NCBI RefSeq assembly: GCF_001447785.1
Contig: NW_015163619.1
Span: 338,514 to 402,513 of the forward strand
DNA from: Gekko japonicus
Lineage: Eukaryota
Direction: 5' to 3'
DNA: 64,000 bases
The translations under genes were made by a program, and so were the position numbers. The notes under the pieces were generated by a model, which worked only from the letters and a program-made list of their open reading frames with translations, was not told the origin of the DNA and did no database searches. Positions 48,750-60,110 of this stretch are shown here, one piece after another (position 1 is the stretch's first letter; each line of letters starts with the position of its first letter).

Positions 48750-51700
48750 TGTTGTTGTTGTTCAGTCGCACAGTCGAGTCTGACTCTTCGCGACCCCATG
48801 GATCATCTCCCGCCAGGCCCTCCTGTCTTCCGCCGTCCTCTGAAGTTGGCTCAATTTCATGTTCGTTGCATCGGTGACACTGTCTAACCATCTCATCCTT
48901 TGCCGTCCCCGTCTTCTTTGACCTTCAATCTTTCCCAGCATCAGGGTCTTCTCCAGTGAGTGCTTCCTTCTCATTTGGTGGCCAAAGTATTTGAGCTTCA
49001 GTTTCATTATCTGGCCTTCCAGGGAACAGTCAGGGTTGATTTCTTTTAAGATTGACTGATTTGGTCTTTTTGCAGTCCAAGGGACTCTCAAGAGTCTTCT
49101 CCAGCACCATAGTTCAAAAGAATCTATTCTTCGGCGCTCGGCCTTCCTTATAGTCCAACTCTCACAGCCATACATGACTACTGGGAATACCATTGCTTTG
49201 ACCATGCGGACTTTTGTTGGCAGGGTGATGTCTCTACTTTTTATCATGCTGTTTAGGTTCGCCATCACTTTCCTCCCAAGGAGCAGGCGTCTTTTAATTT
49301 CATGACTACTGTCACAGTCTGCAGTGATCTGGGATCCCAGGAACGTGAAGTCTGTCACTACTTCCACGACTTCCCCTTCTATTTGCCAAGGAGTGATGGG
49401 GCCGGATGCCATGATCTTAGTTTTTTTGATGTTGAGCTTCAAGCCCACTTTTGCGCTCTCCTCTTTTACTCTGAGCAAGAGGCTCTTTAGATCCTCTTCA
49501 CTTTCAGCCATTAGAGTGGTATCATCTGCATATCTGAGGTTGTTGATCTTTTCCCCAGCAATCTTAATTCCCGCTTGTGATTCATCCAGGCCAGCATTTC
49601 GCATGATGTACTCTGCATATATATTAAATAAGCAAGGCGACAATATACATCCTTGTCGTACTCCTTTTCCTATGCTGAACCAATCAGTTGTTCCATATCC
49701 GGTTCTAACTGTCGCTTCTTGGCCCTTATACAGGTTTCTCAAGAGACATGTGAGGTGGTCTGGTACTCCCATCTCTTTAAGGACCTGCCATAGTTTGTTG
49801 TGATCCACACAGTCAAAAGCTTTAGCATAGTCAATGAAGCAGAAGTAGATATTTTTCTGGTACTCTCTTGCTTTCTCCATAATCCAGCGAATGTTGGCAA
49901 TTTGATCTCTAGTTCCTCTACCTCTTCGAAACCCAGCTTGTACTTCTGGTAGTTCTCTATCCACGTACTGTTGAAGCCTAGCTTGTAGGATCTTGAGCAT
50001 GACCTTGCTAGCGTGTGATATGAGTGCAATTGTGCGATAGTTTGAACATTCCTTGGCATTGCCCTTCTTTGGGATTGGAATGTATACTGACCTTTTCCAA
50101 TCCTGTGGCCACTGTTGCGTTTTCCAAATTTGCTGGCAAATGGAGTGCAGCACTTTAACAGCATCATCTTCTAAGACTTTGAATAGCTCAGCTGGAATAC
50201 CATCACCTCCACTAGCTTTGTTGTTAGCAATGCTTTCTAAGGCCCATTTAACTTCACATTCCAGGATGTCTGGCTCGAGGTCAGTGATTATACCGTCGTG
50301 GTTGTCAAGGACATCGAGGTCTTTCTTGTATAGTTCTTCTGTGTATTCTTGCCATCTTTTCCTAATCTCTTCTGCTTCTGTTAGGTCCCTACCGTTTTTG
50401 TCCTTTATCATGGCCAGCTTTGCATGGAACGCTCCCTTGATTTCTCCAACTTTCTTGAAGAGATCTCTAGTCCTTCCCATTCTATTGTTTTCTTCTATTA
50501 CTTTGCACTGTTCATTCAGGAAGGCCTCCTTATCTCTCCTTGCTGTTCTCTGGAAATCTGCGTTCAGTTGGGTAAATCTTTCCTTTTCGCCTTTGCCTTT
50601 CGCTTTCCTTCTTTCCTCTGCTATTTGTAAAGCCTCATCAGAAAGCCACTTTGCTTTCTTACATTTCTTTTTCTTTGGGATGGTGGTGATTGCTGCCTCC
50701 TGTACGATGTCACGAACCTCTGTCCATAGTTCTTCAGGCACTCTATCTATCAAATCCAGACCCTTGAATCTATTCTTCACCTCTACTGTATATTCATCAG
50801 GGATGCGATCTAGGTCAAACCTGAATGGCCTCGTGGTTTTCCCAATTTTCTTCAGTTTAAGTCTGAATTTTGCAATGAGTAGCTCATGATCTGAACCACA
50901 GTCAGCTCCAGGTCTTGTTTTTACTGACTGGATAGAGCTTCTCCATCTTTGACTGCAAATTATATAGTCAATCTGATTTCGGTGTTGCCCATCTGGTGAT
51001 GTCCATGTGTAGAGTCGCCTCTTAGGTTGTTGGAAAAGGGTGTTCGCTATGACCAGTGTGTTCTCTTGACAAAACTCTGTTAACCTTTGCCCTGCTTCAT
51101 TTTGCTTTCCAAGGCCAAACTTGTCTGTTATTCCAGTTACCTTTTCACTTCCTACTTTAGCATTCCAGTCCCCTATGATGATGAGGACATCATTTTTTGG
51201 TGTTAGTTCTAGGAGGTGTTGTAGGTCTTCATAGAACCGGTCCACTTCAGCCTCTTCTGCATCAGTGGTTGGGGCATAGACTTGGATTACTGTGATGTTG
51301 AATGGTTTGCCTTGGAATCGGACAGAAATCATTCTGTCATTTTTGAGGTTGTATCCCAGTACTGACTTTTGCACTCTCTTGTTGACTATAAAGGCCACAC
51401 CATTTTTTCCATGAGATTCCTGGCCACAGTAGTAGATATAATGGTCTTCTGAGTTAAATTCGCCCATTCCTGTCCACTTTAGTTCACTGATTCCTAGGAT
51501 ATCAATGTTTAGTCTTGCCATCTCATTTTTGACCACATCAAGCTTACCTTGATTCATAGATCTTACATTCCAGGTTCCTATGTAGTATTGTTCTTTGCAG
51601 CATCGAACTTTCCTTTCACCATCAGACACATCCACAAGCTTTGGCCCAGCCGCTTCACTCTTTCTGGGGTTACTTGTACTTGCCCTCTGCTTTTCCTCAG

Positions 51701-51956
51701 TAGCATATTGGACACCTTCCGACCTGAGGGGCTCATCTTCCGGCGTCATATCTTTTAGCCTTTTGTTACTGTCCATGGGGTTTTCTTGGCAAAGATACTG
51801 GAGTGGGTTGCCGTTTCCTTCTCCAGGGGGATCACTCTTGGTCTGAGTTCTCTTCTGTGGCCTGTCCGTCTTGGGTGGCCCTTCACGGCATAGCCCACAG
51901 CTTCATTGAACTGCTCAAGCCCCCTCGCCACGACAAGGCAGTGATCCATGAGGGGG
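48750..51956 (-). mobile_element. Full-length BovB/RTE LINE (~3.2 kb)
   Basis: (CAA)n tail, ~180-bp 5' UTR, single ORF, perfect 12-bp TSD TTGAGTCATATT (48738-49, 51957-68). Confidence 0.97.
48762..51776 (-). CDS. BovB/RTE polyprotein: APE endonuclease + reverse transcriptase, 1004 aa, uninterrupted
   Basis: GTWNVR, GISE, VYAP, GDWNA, IDY, GSDH (APE); QAGFR, FIDYAKAFD, GVRQGCILSP, YADD (RT); C-terminal RRRGRQRMRWLD. Confidence 0.97.
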   Translation of the reverse strand: MDSNKRLKDMTPEDEPLRSEGVQYATEEKQRASTSNPRKSEAAGPKLVDVSDGERKVRCCKEQYYIGTWNVRSMNQGKLDVVKNEMARLNIDILGISELKWTGMGEFNSEDHYIYYCGQESHGKNGVAFIVNKRVQKSVLGYNLKNDRMISVRFQGKPFNITVIQVYAPTTDAEEAEVDRFYEDLQHLLELTPKNDVLIIIGDWNAKVGSEKVTGITDKFGLGKQNEAGQRLTEFCQENTLVIANTLFQQPKRRLYTWTSPDGQHRNQIDYIICSQRWRSSIQSVKTRPGADCGSDHELLIAKFRLKLKKIGKTTRPFRFDLDRIPDEYTVEVKNRFKGLDLIDRVPEELWTEVRDIVQEAAITTIPKKKKCKKAKWLSDEALQIAEERRKAKGKGEKERFTQLNADFQRTARRDKEAFLNEQCKVIEENNRMGRTRDLFKKVGEIKGAFHAKLAMIKDKNGRDLTEAEEIRKRWQEYTEELYKKDLDVLDNHDGIITDLEPDILECEVKWALESIANNKASGGDGIPAELFKVLEDDAVKVLHSICQQIWKTQQWPQDWKRSVYIPIPKKGNAKECSNYRTIALISHASKVMLKILQARLQQYVDRELPEVQAGFRRGRGTRDQIANIRWIMEKAREYQKNIYFCFIDYAKAFDCVDHNKLWQVLKEMGVPDHLTCLLRNLYKGQEATVRTGYGTTDWFSIGKGVRQGCILSPCLFNIYAEYIMRNAGLDESQAGIKIAGEKINNLRYADDTTLMAESEEDLKSLLLRVKEESAKVGLKLNIKKTKIMASGPITPWQIEGEVVEVVTDFTFLGSQITADCDSSHEIKRRLLLGRKVMANLNSMIKSRDITLPTKVRMVKAMVFPVVMYGCESWTIRKAERRRIDSFELWCWRRLLRVPWTAKRPNQSILKEINPDCSLEGQIMKLKLKYFGHQMRRKHSLEKTLMLGKIEGQRRRGRQRMRWLDSVTDATNMKLSQLQRTAEDRRAWREMIHGVAKSQTRLCD

Positions 51957-52191
51957 TTGAGTCATATTACCATTTACTATAATTTTAGCAGATTGCGTTT
52001 TATATATCGCTCTGATCATTGTTAAAAATTATGATCCACAATCCCATGATGCCAGTTTTTGCTATAAAAATCCCCAAGATACATTATCAAAGGCTTTCTC
52101 TGCGTCTAGAAATATTAACACCATCTGTTTCTCTGGGTGTATTTCATAGTACTCTAGGACATTTATTAGAGCCATCCATCCTACTCTTTAC

Positions 52192-52612
52192 TAGGTATGG
52201 CACACACTGGCTCATAAATAAAAGTTTGTGAAAAATATTGTCTGGTTTGTGATTTACGAACTGAAGTTTGCGAACTGAAGAGCCATCACAAATTTCCACA
52301 AATTTTAAAGGCAGTTCATGGCAGTTTGTGAAGAGCAGAAAGCGGGAGTTCAAATGGCTCCAAGCCATTTAAATTCCTGTTTTCTGCTCCCCACCACTCA
52401 TCTGTTTTTTGAGGGAAGCAGAAAGCAGAGGTTTAAATGGCTTTCTCCTCCCCACCATTTTTCGCGGGAAACCCCCTGCTTTCTGCTCCTCGCTGCTTTT
52501 TGCGGGGAGCAGAAAACAGGGGTCACAAACTGATATGAACCAGTTTGGCTCACAAACCAACCTCCTGGTTCATTTTGATTCATGGTTTGATTTGTGGTTT
52601 GGCCCATCCCTA
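52192..52612. mobile_element. hAT MITE, TAGGGATGGGC family
   Basis: Ends TAGGTATGGC / GCCCATCCCTA; perfect TSD CTCTTTAC (52184-91, 52613-20); internal inverted repeats AGCAGAAA..AAATGGCT / AGCCATTT..TTTCTGCT. Confidence 0.85.
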
Positions 52613-52748
52613 CTCTTTACACTCTTTTTGATATAGTAAAAACTAATTCAGTGAACTTGGTACTGTTGCCATAAAACTGATGGAAGTAACTGATACAGGC
52701 ACCTGCACACCATGATTATGCTCGGTTTCATATTTTAACTATGAAAAG

Positions 52749-53165
52749 CAGGACATACCCTGAGGTGGGGCACTTGCCAGGGCCCGTGGGCTTCTGATGG
52801 GGTTCACTATTAATGATTCCTTATTCACACATCTCCTCTGATGCCTGCACTCATACCCTTCTACTGCCTATTTATGAGTGCTTTCTCACCTTTGATCCTA
52901 GCTGCATCTGCTGCTGGAGAAGGGCACGTGGCTGGTGTACAAAGCATCAGCATTCCTAGCTGCATGCACCATTGGGGAAAGGGCATGCAGGCAGTGTAGG
53001 CAGCTGTGACTCCAAGTGGCAGAAGAACTTGTGAGTGGGCAGGGGAAAGACACACAGGTAGGTGAGGGTGCATGGGTGGGTGGGCAAGAAGGGGGGTCTA
53101 GAAGTGGGCATGGGGGGCCCTGAGCACTCTCTGCCCAGGGCCCCCTGAAACCTGGAACTGGCCTG
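52749..53165. mobile_element. hAT MITE
   Basis: Ends CAGGAC / GGCCTG; perfect TSD ATGAAAAG (52741-48, 53166-73). Confidence 0.75.
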
Positions 53166-53599
53166 ATGAAAAGCATAGACACGAATTTTCATTCATTTGT
53201 ATGATCGAAATACTGACCCTTTACTCATAGTATGCATAAAAAGTTAATTACTTTTTGAAATTATTGAAAGATTTGGTGACTACAAATAGAAATAAAATTC
53301 TTCCTTTCTTTCTAGTTTATTTTATTTATGACAATATATGGTTTGCTACCAATCTGAAAAGCTTGCAGTGTGATAGGGCAAGGGAGAGTGTGGGACCCTG
53401 AAAGCCCAAGCCTGCCTTCGGCTCATTCACATAAGAGTAAAAACATGGTTAGGCTGTTACACTTGAATTAACACTCTATCATTTGTGTCCCTGTACTACT
53501 ACACTTTTACTCTAGGGAGTCATATCAAACCAAAGCCCAGAATTGTTCTTCCTACCACAAAATTCCTATTTCACTTCTGTAGCATTTGTGATAGGATGG

Positions 53600-53748
53600 A
53601 GCTCTGTCACCTGCAGCTAAAAGGATCATGGAGCAGGTGATGGGGAAGACCTCCGCCTGAGAGCCTGAAGAGCAGCTGCCAGTCAGTGTAGGCAATGCCA
53701 ACATTGAGTGACAAATGGACTGACTCAGTGTAAGGCAGCTTCATGTGA
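53600..53748 (+). mobile_element. Squam2-like SINE 3' part
   Basis: GAAGACCTCCGCCTGAGAGCC..GCTGCCAGTCAG..TAAGGCAGCTTCATGTG. Confidence 0.7.
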
Positions 53749-55060
53749 CATGTACATTTTCTAATCAAATTCCATTTTCATCAAACAATGTTTCTTATTC
53801 TATAAAGATTCAAAACCACATTTGACCCTGCTGTTTTTGTAACTTTCCAGTTCAGTGTTTCATGTTATTGTAAACTTAGAAAATGTCATTGTAAAGAAAG
53901 AATGCGAAGAAAGGAAGAAATGAGGTTTATATGTAGTGAAAAGTTCTGGAAATATANNNNNNNNNNNNNNNNNNNNNNNNNNNNNNNNNNNNNNNNNNNN
54001 NNNNNNNNNNNNNNNNNNNNNNNNNNNNNNNNNNNNNNNNNNNNNNNNNNNNNNNNNNNNNNNNNNNNNNNNNNNNNNNNNNNNNNNNTTTGTCATGATC
54101 AGAGCACAATACAAACGTTAGCTAATTAGGGCCCCATGGGATTTATTTCAAGGACTATGTTAGCACTTGGAATCACTGTAACTCTAAGAACTTATCTGAA
54201 ACCCATTTATACCAATGGAAATATAATCACTAACTTCAATAGTCTGTGAATCAAGAGCTGAGGATTCCCACATGACAACTTTTTTAAAAAGCAATGATTA
54301 TCTTGAAAGGTAAAGCTGTCCCTTTAATGCCCAAGAAGAACAGCTGCAATGTCATTTGTACTTATGCTGCAAATTGCTTCTAGCCCACAGCAGAAATAAG
54401 CGTCTTCATGACATTCTACAAACATGCAGAGTATTTTTCAAAAGGTAATTATGTCTGACTACTTTGGCACTCTGTCCAGCCAGACCAACTTAGATAAGCA
54501 CCTTTCTCCTACAACTTCTGGGCTCATCAAAAGATTTTGCAAGTGACTTATGCCAGAAGGCAGAAAGTATGGCTGTTACGATGGTATGTTTTGAAATAAG
54601 TTGTTACACTCTATGAATTTTCTTTGCAAAGCATTTTTAACTGAAATTTGACTAATAGTAATGATGAAACACATGGATTTAGACATTAAGATAGAATCCA
54701 CATATATCCAGGAATTTAACTCAACTGAGTTTTGGATCAAGAGCAACAGACTATTCTTAGTGCAAGACAGAAACAATGGCATGGGTCCAACTTTAGATTT
54801 AGATGAAAGTTCCTTTTGGCTAAAGAGCCTTCCTCCACAGAAGTGGCTCTTACATTAGAAGGAGGCTAATTAGCCCTCTTCTGCCTGAACCAGAATTGCC
54901 AACTATAGCTATAGTTTGTTGTTCTGATATAGGGTTGAACCCAACCAGCCTAACAACAAACATTATGTGGCTTCTTCCCTTCATTTTTCACCATAGCAAT
55001 GCTACTATCCTACCTAACCATCACTGTCCATTCTCAATGCCCTTCTTCCTCTCTAGCCAC

Positions 55061-55650
55061 CAGGCCCATAGCCAGAAATTTTTCCAAAGAGGGGGCAGTA
55101 ACTGCCAGTGTGGGATGGGGGAGAGAGGGGGAGGAGGAGAGGGAGCAAAACCAATGAGGTAGGTGGCAGCGGTGGTGCAATACGTTCCCTGCTGGGTCCG
55201 GACTTGACCTCACCCTTCTCCCCTTGGCCTTCTCCTCATCCTCCCTTTGTTGTTGTGTAGGAAGCCAAATGCAGGAAGGGGGCACCACTCTGAGCTCCCT
55301 GGAAGACAGGGTGAGGCGGGGGAGCTCAGCCAAAGCCCAGCGAAGCCAAGAAGGGAGGCAGCTTCCCTCTTGGTTCTCCACCAGGCAAGGATGCACGAGC
55401 CTGGCCCGGCCCAAAGGTGTGGACCCTTTAAAAGGCCAGGATGTGCAGGAAGGGTGGGGAGGAGAGGTGAGCCAGCCAGCCAGGATGCACTGCTGCACCA
55501 TCCTTTGCCCTGCTTGCCTCTCCAGCAGCGGGGACATGTACTGGGTCGGCCTTAGTCTGCCCGGAGGCACCCCAGACTGGGAGGCTAGGTGTCTCTGAAA
55601 AGGGAAGGAACTGACAGAAAATGCCCCTCATCATGTTTCGCCCCCAATGC
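55061..55650. mobile_element. Probable hAT MITE, left end only
   Basis: CAGGCCCATAGCCAG resembles the TIR at 23059 and precedes a GC-rich block; right end and TSD not found. Confidence 0.45.
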
Positions 55651-55944
55651 CCTCTGTGTATAAGTACTAGTCATGTCTGGCCTACAAGTAGTCCAGCATG
55701 TGGCCTGGAAATGTACACCAAACCAAGATGGAACAGCCAAACAGTATGGTTTCTAGCAACAAAAGTATGAACTTCCTATGTTGGGGGGGGTGGCCCTAGG
55801 GCCTCTGTCAGACCACTAGTTTCTCCCCCATCTAAAACAAAGAGATATTTCTCTGTCTATTGGGGCCCACAGGAAAGAAGGTATCCCCCCAGATACAAAA
55901 TCCTATCACCTGGCTCATCCCTTCCTAGTCAAATCACCCTAACT

Positions 55945-56378
55945 CAGAGGTGGCAAACTCCTTTTTTATGAGGGGCAGATCTGACATAAATGTCACTTTG
56001 TCGGGCCAGGTCATGTGTGCCATAAATGCAATACCAGGTACTGGATATATAAACTGTATAAAGGACATCAGCTGGTAAGCTCCACATTGGCGTATCCTCA
56101 CTGCAAGGCCCCATGGGCTGGGAGGGGGGTGCAAAGGGTAACCCATATTGGCGAACTGGAGAGCCAGCGGTGCAGCCCTGGAAAGATGCTCCCAATGCTG
56201 CTTGACTGCTGCAGATGAGGTTGTTCTGCCATGCTGAAGCCACAATAGGAGTGGCTCTGCCTACTCCCCCCCCCTCGAGCAGTTTCCTGTTCCCTCCCTT
56301 GAACCAATTGCTCACAGGCTGCATAATAGCCCTGGATGGGCCGGTTCTGGCCCTCAGGCCTTATGTTTGACACCCCTG
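55945..56378. mobile_element. hAT (Charlie-like) MITE
   Basis: TIRs CAGAGGTGGCAAAC / GTTTGACACCCCTG; TSD CCCTAACT/CCCTAACC (7/8). Confidence 0.85.
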
Positions 56379-58380
56379 CCCTAACCAATAGGCTTTTCAC
56401 ACAACTGGTTAGCCTTTTCTCTACAGCAATCAGGGATTATCAGTGGATCCTTAACTTCACACATTCCTAGTCACATTTCAACAGAAACATTAACAGTTTC
56501 TGTTTTCGCTAGGAAATCCATTCTCCCACACAGATGCAAAATATGGCAACGTCTTTGTCTTCTCCTGGGATCACTAATCCTGTCAGCCTCCCTTTTTCAA
56601 AACTAAATTTCTTTCATAATAACAGCTTCCCTCTTCCCCACCTAAGACAAAGGAGGGTCATCAAGCAGTATTGTTTCCATTCTGATTAGTTTACCCTCTG
56701 AATCACTGGAGGAAGCACATCCAAAACTCTTCCTAAGAACATCTCCTGTTCTCCTTTATCCATACCTGGGAACCCTTTTCAGTGTTCCCAAACTCATTAT
56801 TTTACTTTTTAGGTAATCTCAGAAATTCTTTGTTTCATGGGGCAGCCCCGAGGTATCATTTTGCCCTATATCTGGACAAGTATTTCTCCCCTACGGTGTG
56901 TCTGCCCTGGGAGCCTACTGGCAGTTCACCCCCAAATTCAGGTGGGTTCCTTCCATCTTCACAGCCTCTCTTTCATGGACTTCTACACATCTGGATAGGT
57001 AATAACTCCCAACAGCCTCCTATTATTCCTGTTCACCTCTGTATTTCCAGTACTTGTGTGTATGTTTTAATATGTGTTAACATGTGTTTTATTTCTGAAT
57101 GTGCACATTTCATTAAGATTTCTTCTTTTAATAAAAACAACTCTTTTGGTTAAGCATCGGACTGGTTATTGAGAGCTCACATAAAGGGAAAGATTCCTGT
57201 AAATATAGGTAGGAGATCCTCGCTAATACCCTACCTCTTGCTGAGATCAGCCATTTAGTTAAATTCTCCCAGAAACTGAAGGCCACAATTCAGCTTCTTA
57301 AATCTATGCTGGTAGGGGTAACATTGCCTGTAGCATTATAACTACCAAACTACATATTACAATCAAATGCATTTATGAAAATCCCAGCGGCTGCATCTTG
57401 CTTGAAAAGCACTTTCAGGAAGGGGCAATTTGGAACTGAAATGCAGTTATGGGGGGGGACACGCTGAATCATTTAATCAAATGGTGGTTTTTCCAGGAAA
57501 AACAACTTCAAAACCACTGCTCCACCCCATGGAATTCTGTACATGGATTTAATCTTTCCACTCCAAATATCCTGTTCTAAAACAATATGTCTTTTTCATT
57601 TATATTATTTATACCAACATCAGCATGTTAAAAGCAGATCAATGTAGCACAGGGTAATAACAAAGATGTGGGTAGATGCCACACTCGACAATGAACCTGA
57701 ATATCATTTTCAAGGGGACATCTCACTGTGTGGCATTGGTCAGGTTACTTTCAAGAATATTTGTCGCAGCTCTGGAAGTAATGAACTGAGTTGAATATAA
57801 TATATGCCCATATGAGGTTAAGGACCTGTGCTACCAACATATAATTTGAGTGAAATTTTACCTTTGCCAGGTGAGTTGTTATAAGAACTTGAGTGACAAA
57901 AAGATCCCACTGGAAACTATGGCAAAAACATGGCTTCAGAATACAGTACCATTTTGACCATCCCATATGCTTATTATAAACATATCTAACTTTTGGTAGT
58001 CCAAATCATTTGTTGTAATTTGATGCATGGAGTGTCTAAATGTAATTTATACTTTCAAACTAACGACGATAAACAGAAAACATAGCCATGCCCCTTGGAG
58101 CAGATACCAGATGAAAGCACATGCTATAAATAGCATGTAGAAGCAAGCAAACAGACAAATGTGGCTTCTGTACAAACTATCGTGCTCAGTTATGTGACAG
58201 GACAAGGCTTCCAGAACCTACCAGCATCTGGTTATCACTTTCATACAGAGTATAAGGAACTTTTTAAGCAAGAGACCAGGACAGTTAATGACATCACAGC
58301 CACAGGTCTCAGTGTATTTCAAATGGTTGCTATGTTGCATCATAATTTTCACCCATATTTCAGGCAGGACATTATAATAC

Positions 58381-58791
58381 TGTTAAGTCGCTTGCTTAAC
58401 AAAGAAGTCGGAGAGTGATTCAGCAAGAACATAACTTTATTCTTCAACTCGAACACAACTCGAACACAGATCAACATCTGATAGCCAGAGCAGAACAGTT
58501 CAGCTTTTACACTGCAGTTGTCCTGCTTTTAAACTCTCCCGGCTAATGTAGCCACACCCACTGTACAAATACCAACCAATACAGTTGTTCATATAAGGAC
58601 CAATCACGGACGTTCCCGCTCAGGGAGCTTGCTGTAAAGTGATTGGCTAGGTGCTTCCTAGGCTAGCAATGTGATTGGATGGATTTGGATCCTAGCCCAA
58701 GTCGAAGCTCAACATAGCTTCAATTAGATGTTTTCATCACACATTATGCATTCAATGGCAGCTTTCAATAAGCTGTATTGAATACATTACA
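58381..58791 (-). mobile_element. Solo LTR (411 bp)
   Basis: TGTTAA...ATTACA ends; perfect 5-bp TSD AATAC (58376-80, 58792-96); several CCAAT boxes; minus-strand AATAAA. Confidence 0.85.
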
Positions 58792-59924
58792 AATACCATC
58801 TAGTCAACTGATAGAGTCATTCTTCCAGGCAGAGTTTTGTTCAAGCAAAATGGCATCGAAAAGCATTTGAACTTTCCTCACTGTGCAACACAGAGCTCAG
58901 GAGGACCTTCACAGGAGATACCATCTGTACAGCCCTATTATCCTAGGATGTCTAGTAACTAACTGTAGCCTGGTGATATCAATGGTTTTAGCATCTGGGG
59001 TACCAAATGAGTGGCACACCCATCTCATTCTATACAAGGTATTCCATGGCTATTAAAATATGAGACTATGTCTTAGCCTGTCACTGCACAGGAACTTAAG
59101 TTCTTTACAAGTCTGAAAGCCTTGTGTGACTATAGCACATCATGGGTAGCATCTTTGTTCAATAGCTGTCCTGGACTATCCATGTTTCAGGTGCATTTAT
59201 GATCAGGGAGTACAACAGTAGCAATGTAAAATATGTATTGGAGTAGATGACTGCTACTTGTTCAGATTCAAGTGGGATAGCCATGTTAGTCTGCTGCAGC
59301 AAAAATAAAATTGAATCCCATGATACCATAAAGATGCTCAAACATTTGCCAGTTTAGCTCATGTTCTATTTGCCAGTCATGTGGAGGGAGTCAATTTTTC
59401 ACCAAACGGTTTGGGCATTTCTGAACAGTTCAAACCTGCTTTTTAGATTACATGTATTTAAACGGTCCAGGGAAGTGTAATCAGCAGTATTTCAGGAGTC
59501 ATAGTTTCTCCTCTCCCCCTAGATCTCCCGTCACTGCTTGTCACTGCTTCATATATCTCCTATTCAGTAACATATATTTGTGCGATCAAATATACTGGAC
59601 TCCCTGATTCTGTACTTATGCAAGCATACTGTGTGAGGTAACACAGAAAAATGCCATTGACAAAAGAATCTCAGACTCACGAGAAACTGGGAACTGATTA
59701 TTTAGATTAATGTCCCATGTCAGTTGTTCATAAAGAGATTATATAAATGTTACATCTTCCTCGTTGTCCCTTCCTGAAAGAAACCTGCAACTGAACCCTT
59801 GTACTTCAAGCAGAGAGACTACCAGTGTAACACCAGCAGTCATCTAACTTCTGGACTGGGACTGAATATTTGATTACAATTGCCTGTTCCTGCTATTTAC
59901 CCTCTCTGTGTTCCTCATGCAATT

Positions 59925-60110
59925 AGAACACATAGGCACATAGATCTATCAGGGTCAGTGTAGTTTATTCTGACTGGCAGCATCTTTCCAGAGTCTCACA
60001 TTGAGATATATTTTTATCTACTACCTAATTCTTCTACCTGGAGATGCTGGGGATTAAACCTGGGACTTTCTGCACGCAAAGCCAATGCTCTGTCACTGAG
60101 TCACGTCCCC
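59925..60110 (-). mobile_element. Squam2-like SINE
   Basis: Reverse strand GGGGACGTGACTCAGTG..GTCCCAGGTTTAATCCCCAGCATCTCCAG..CTGCCAGTCAG. Confidence 0.7.

Larger units (their letters stand above)
46952..52046 (-). pseudogene. Decayed 5'-truncated L1-clade LINE (ORF2 RT and C-terminus) split by BovB
   Basis: MIRAIYKTQSAKIIVNGNMT (right of BovB) joins QNTEIQKGTRQGCPLSPLLF..FADD..KYLG (48204-48746); further pieces 47598-48197 and 47244-47567 (CK..GTFYHMWWRC); frameshifts; T-rich tail at ~46952. Confidence 0.92.

Noticed and set aside
49324-50889. Plus-strand ORFs of 159 and 278 aa (and 22493-22915)
   Set aside because: Antisense shadows of the BovB ORF.
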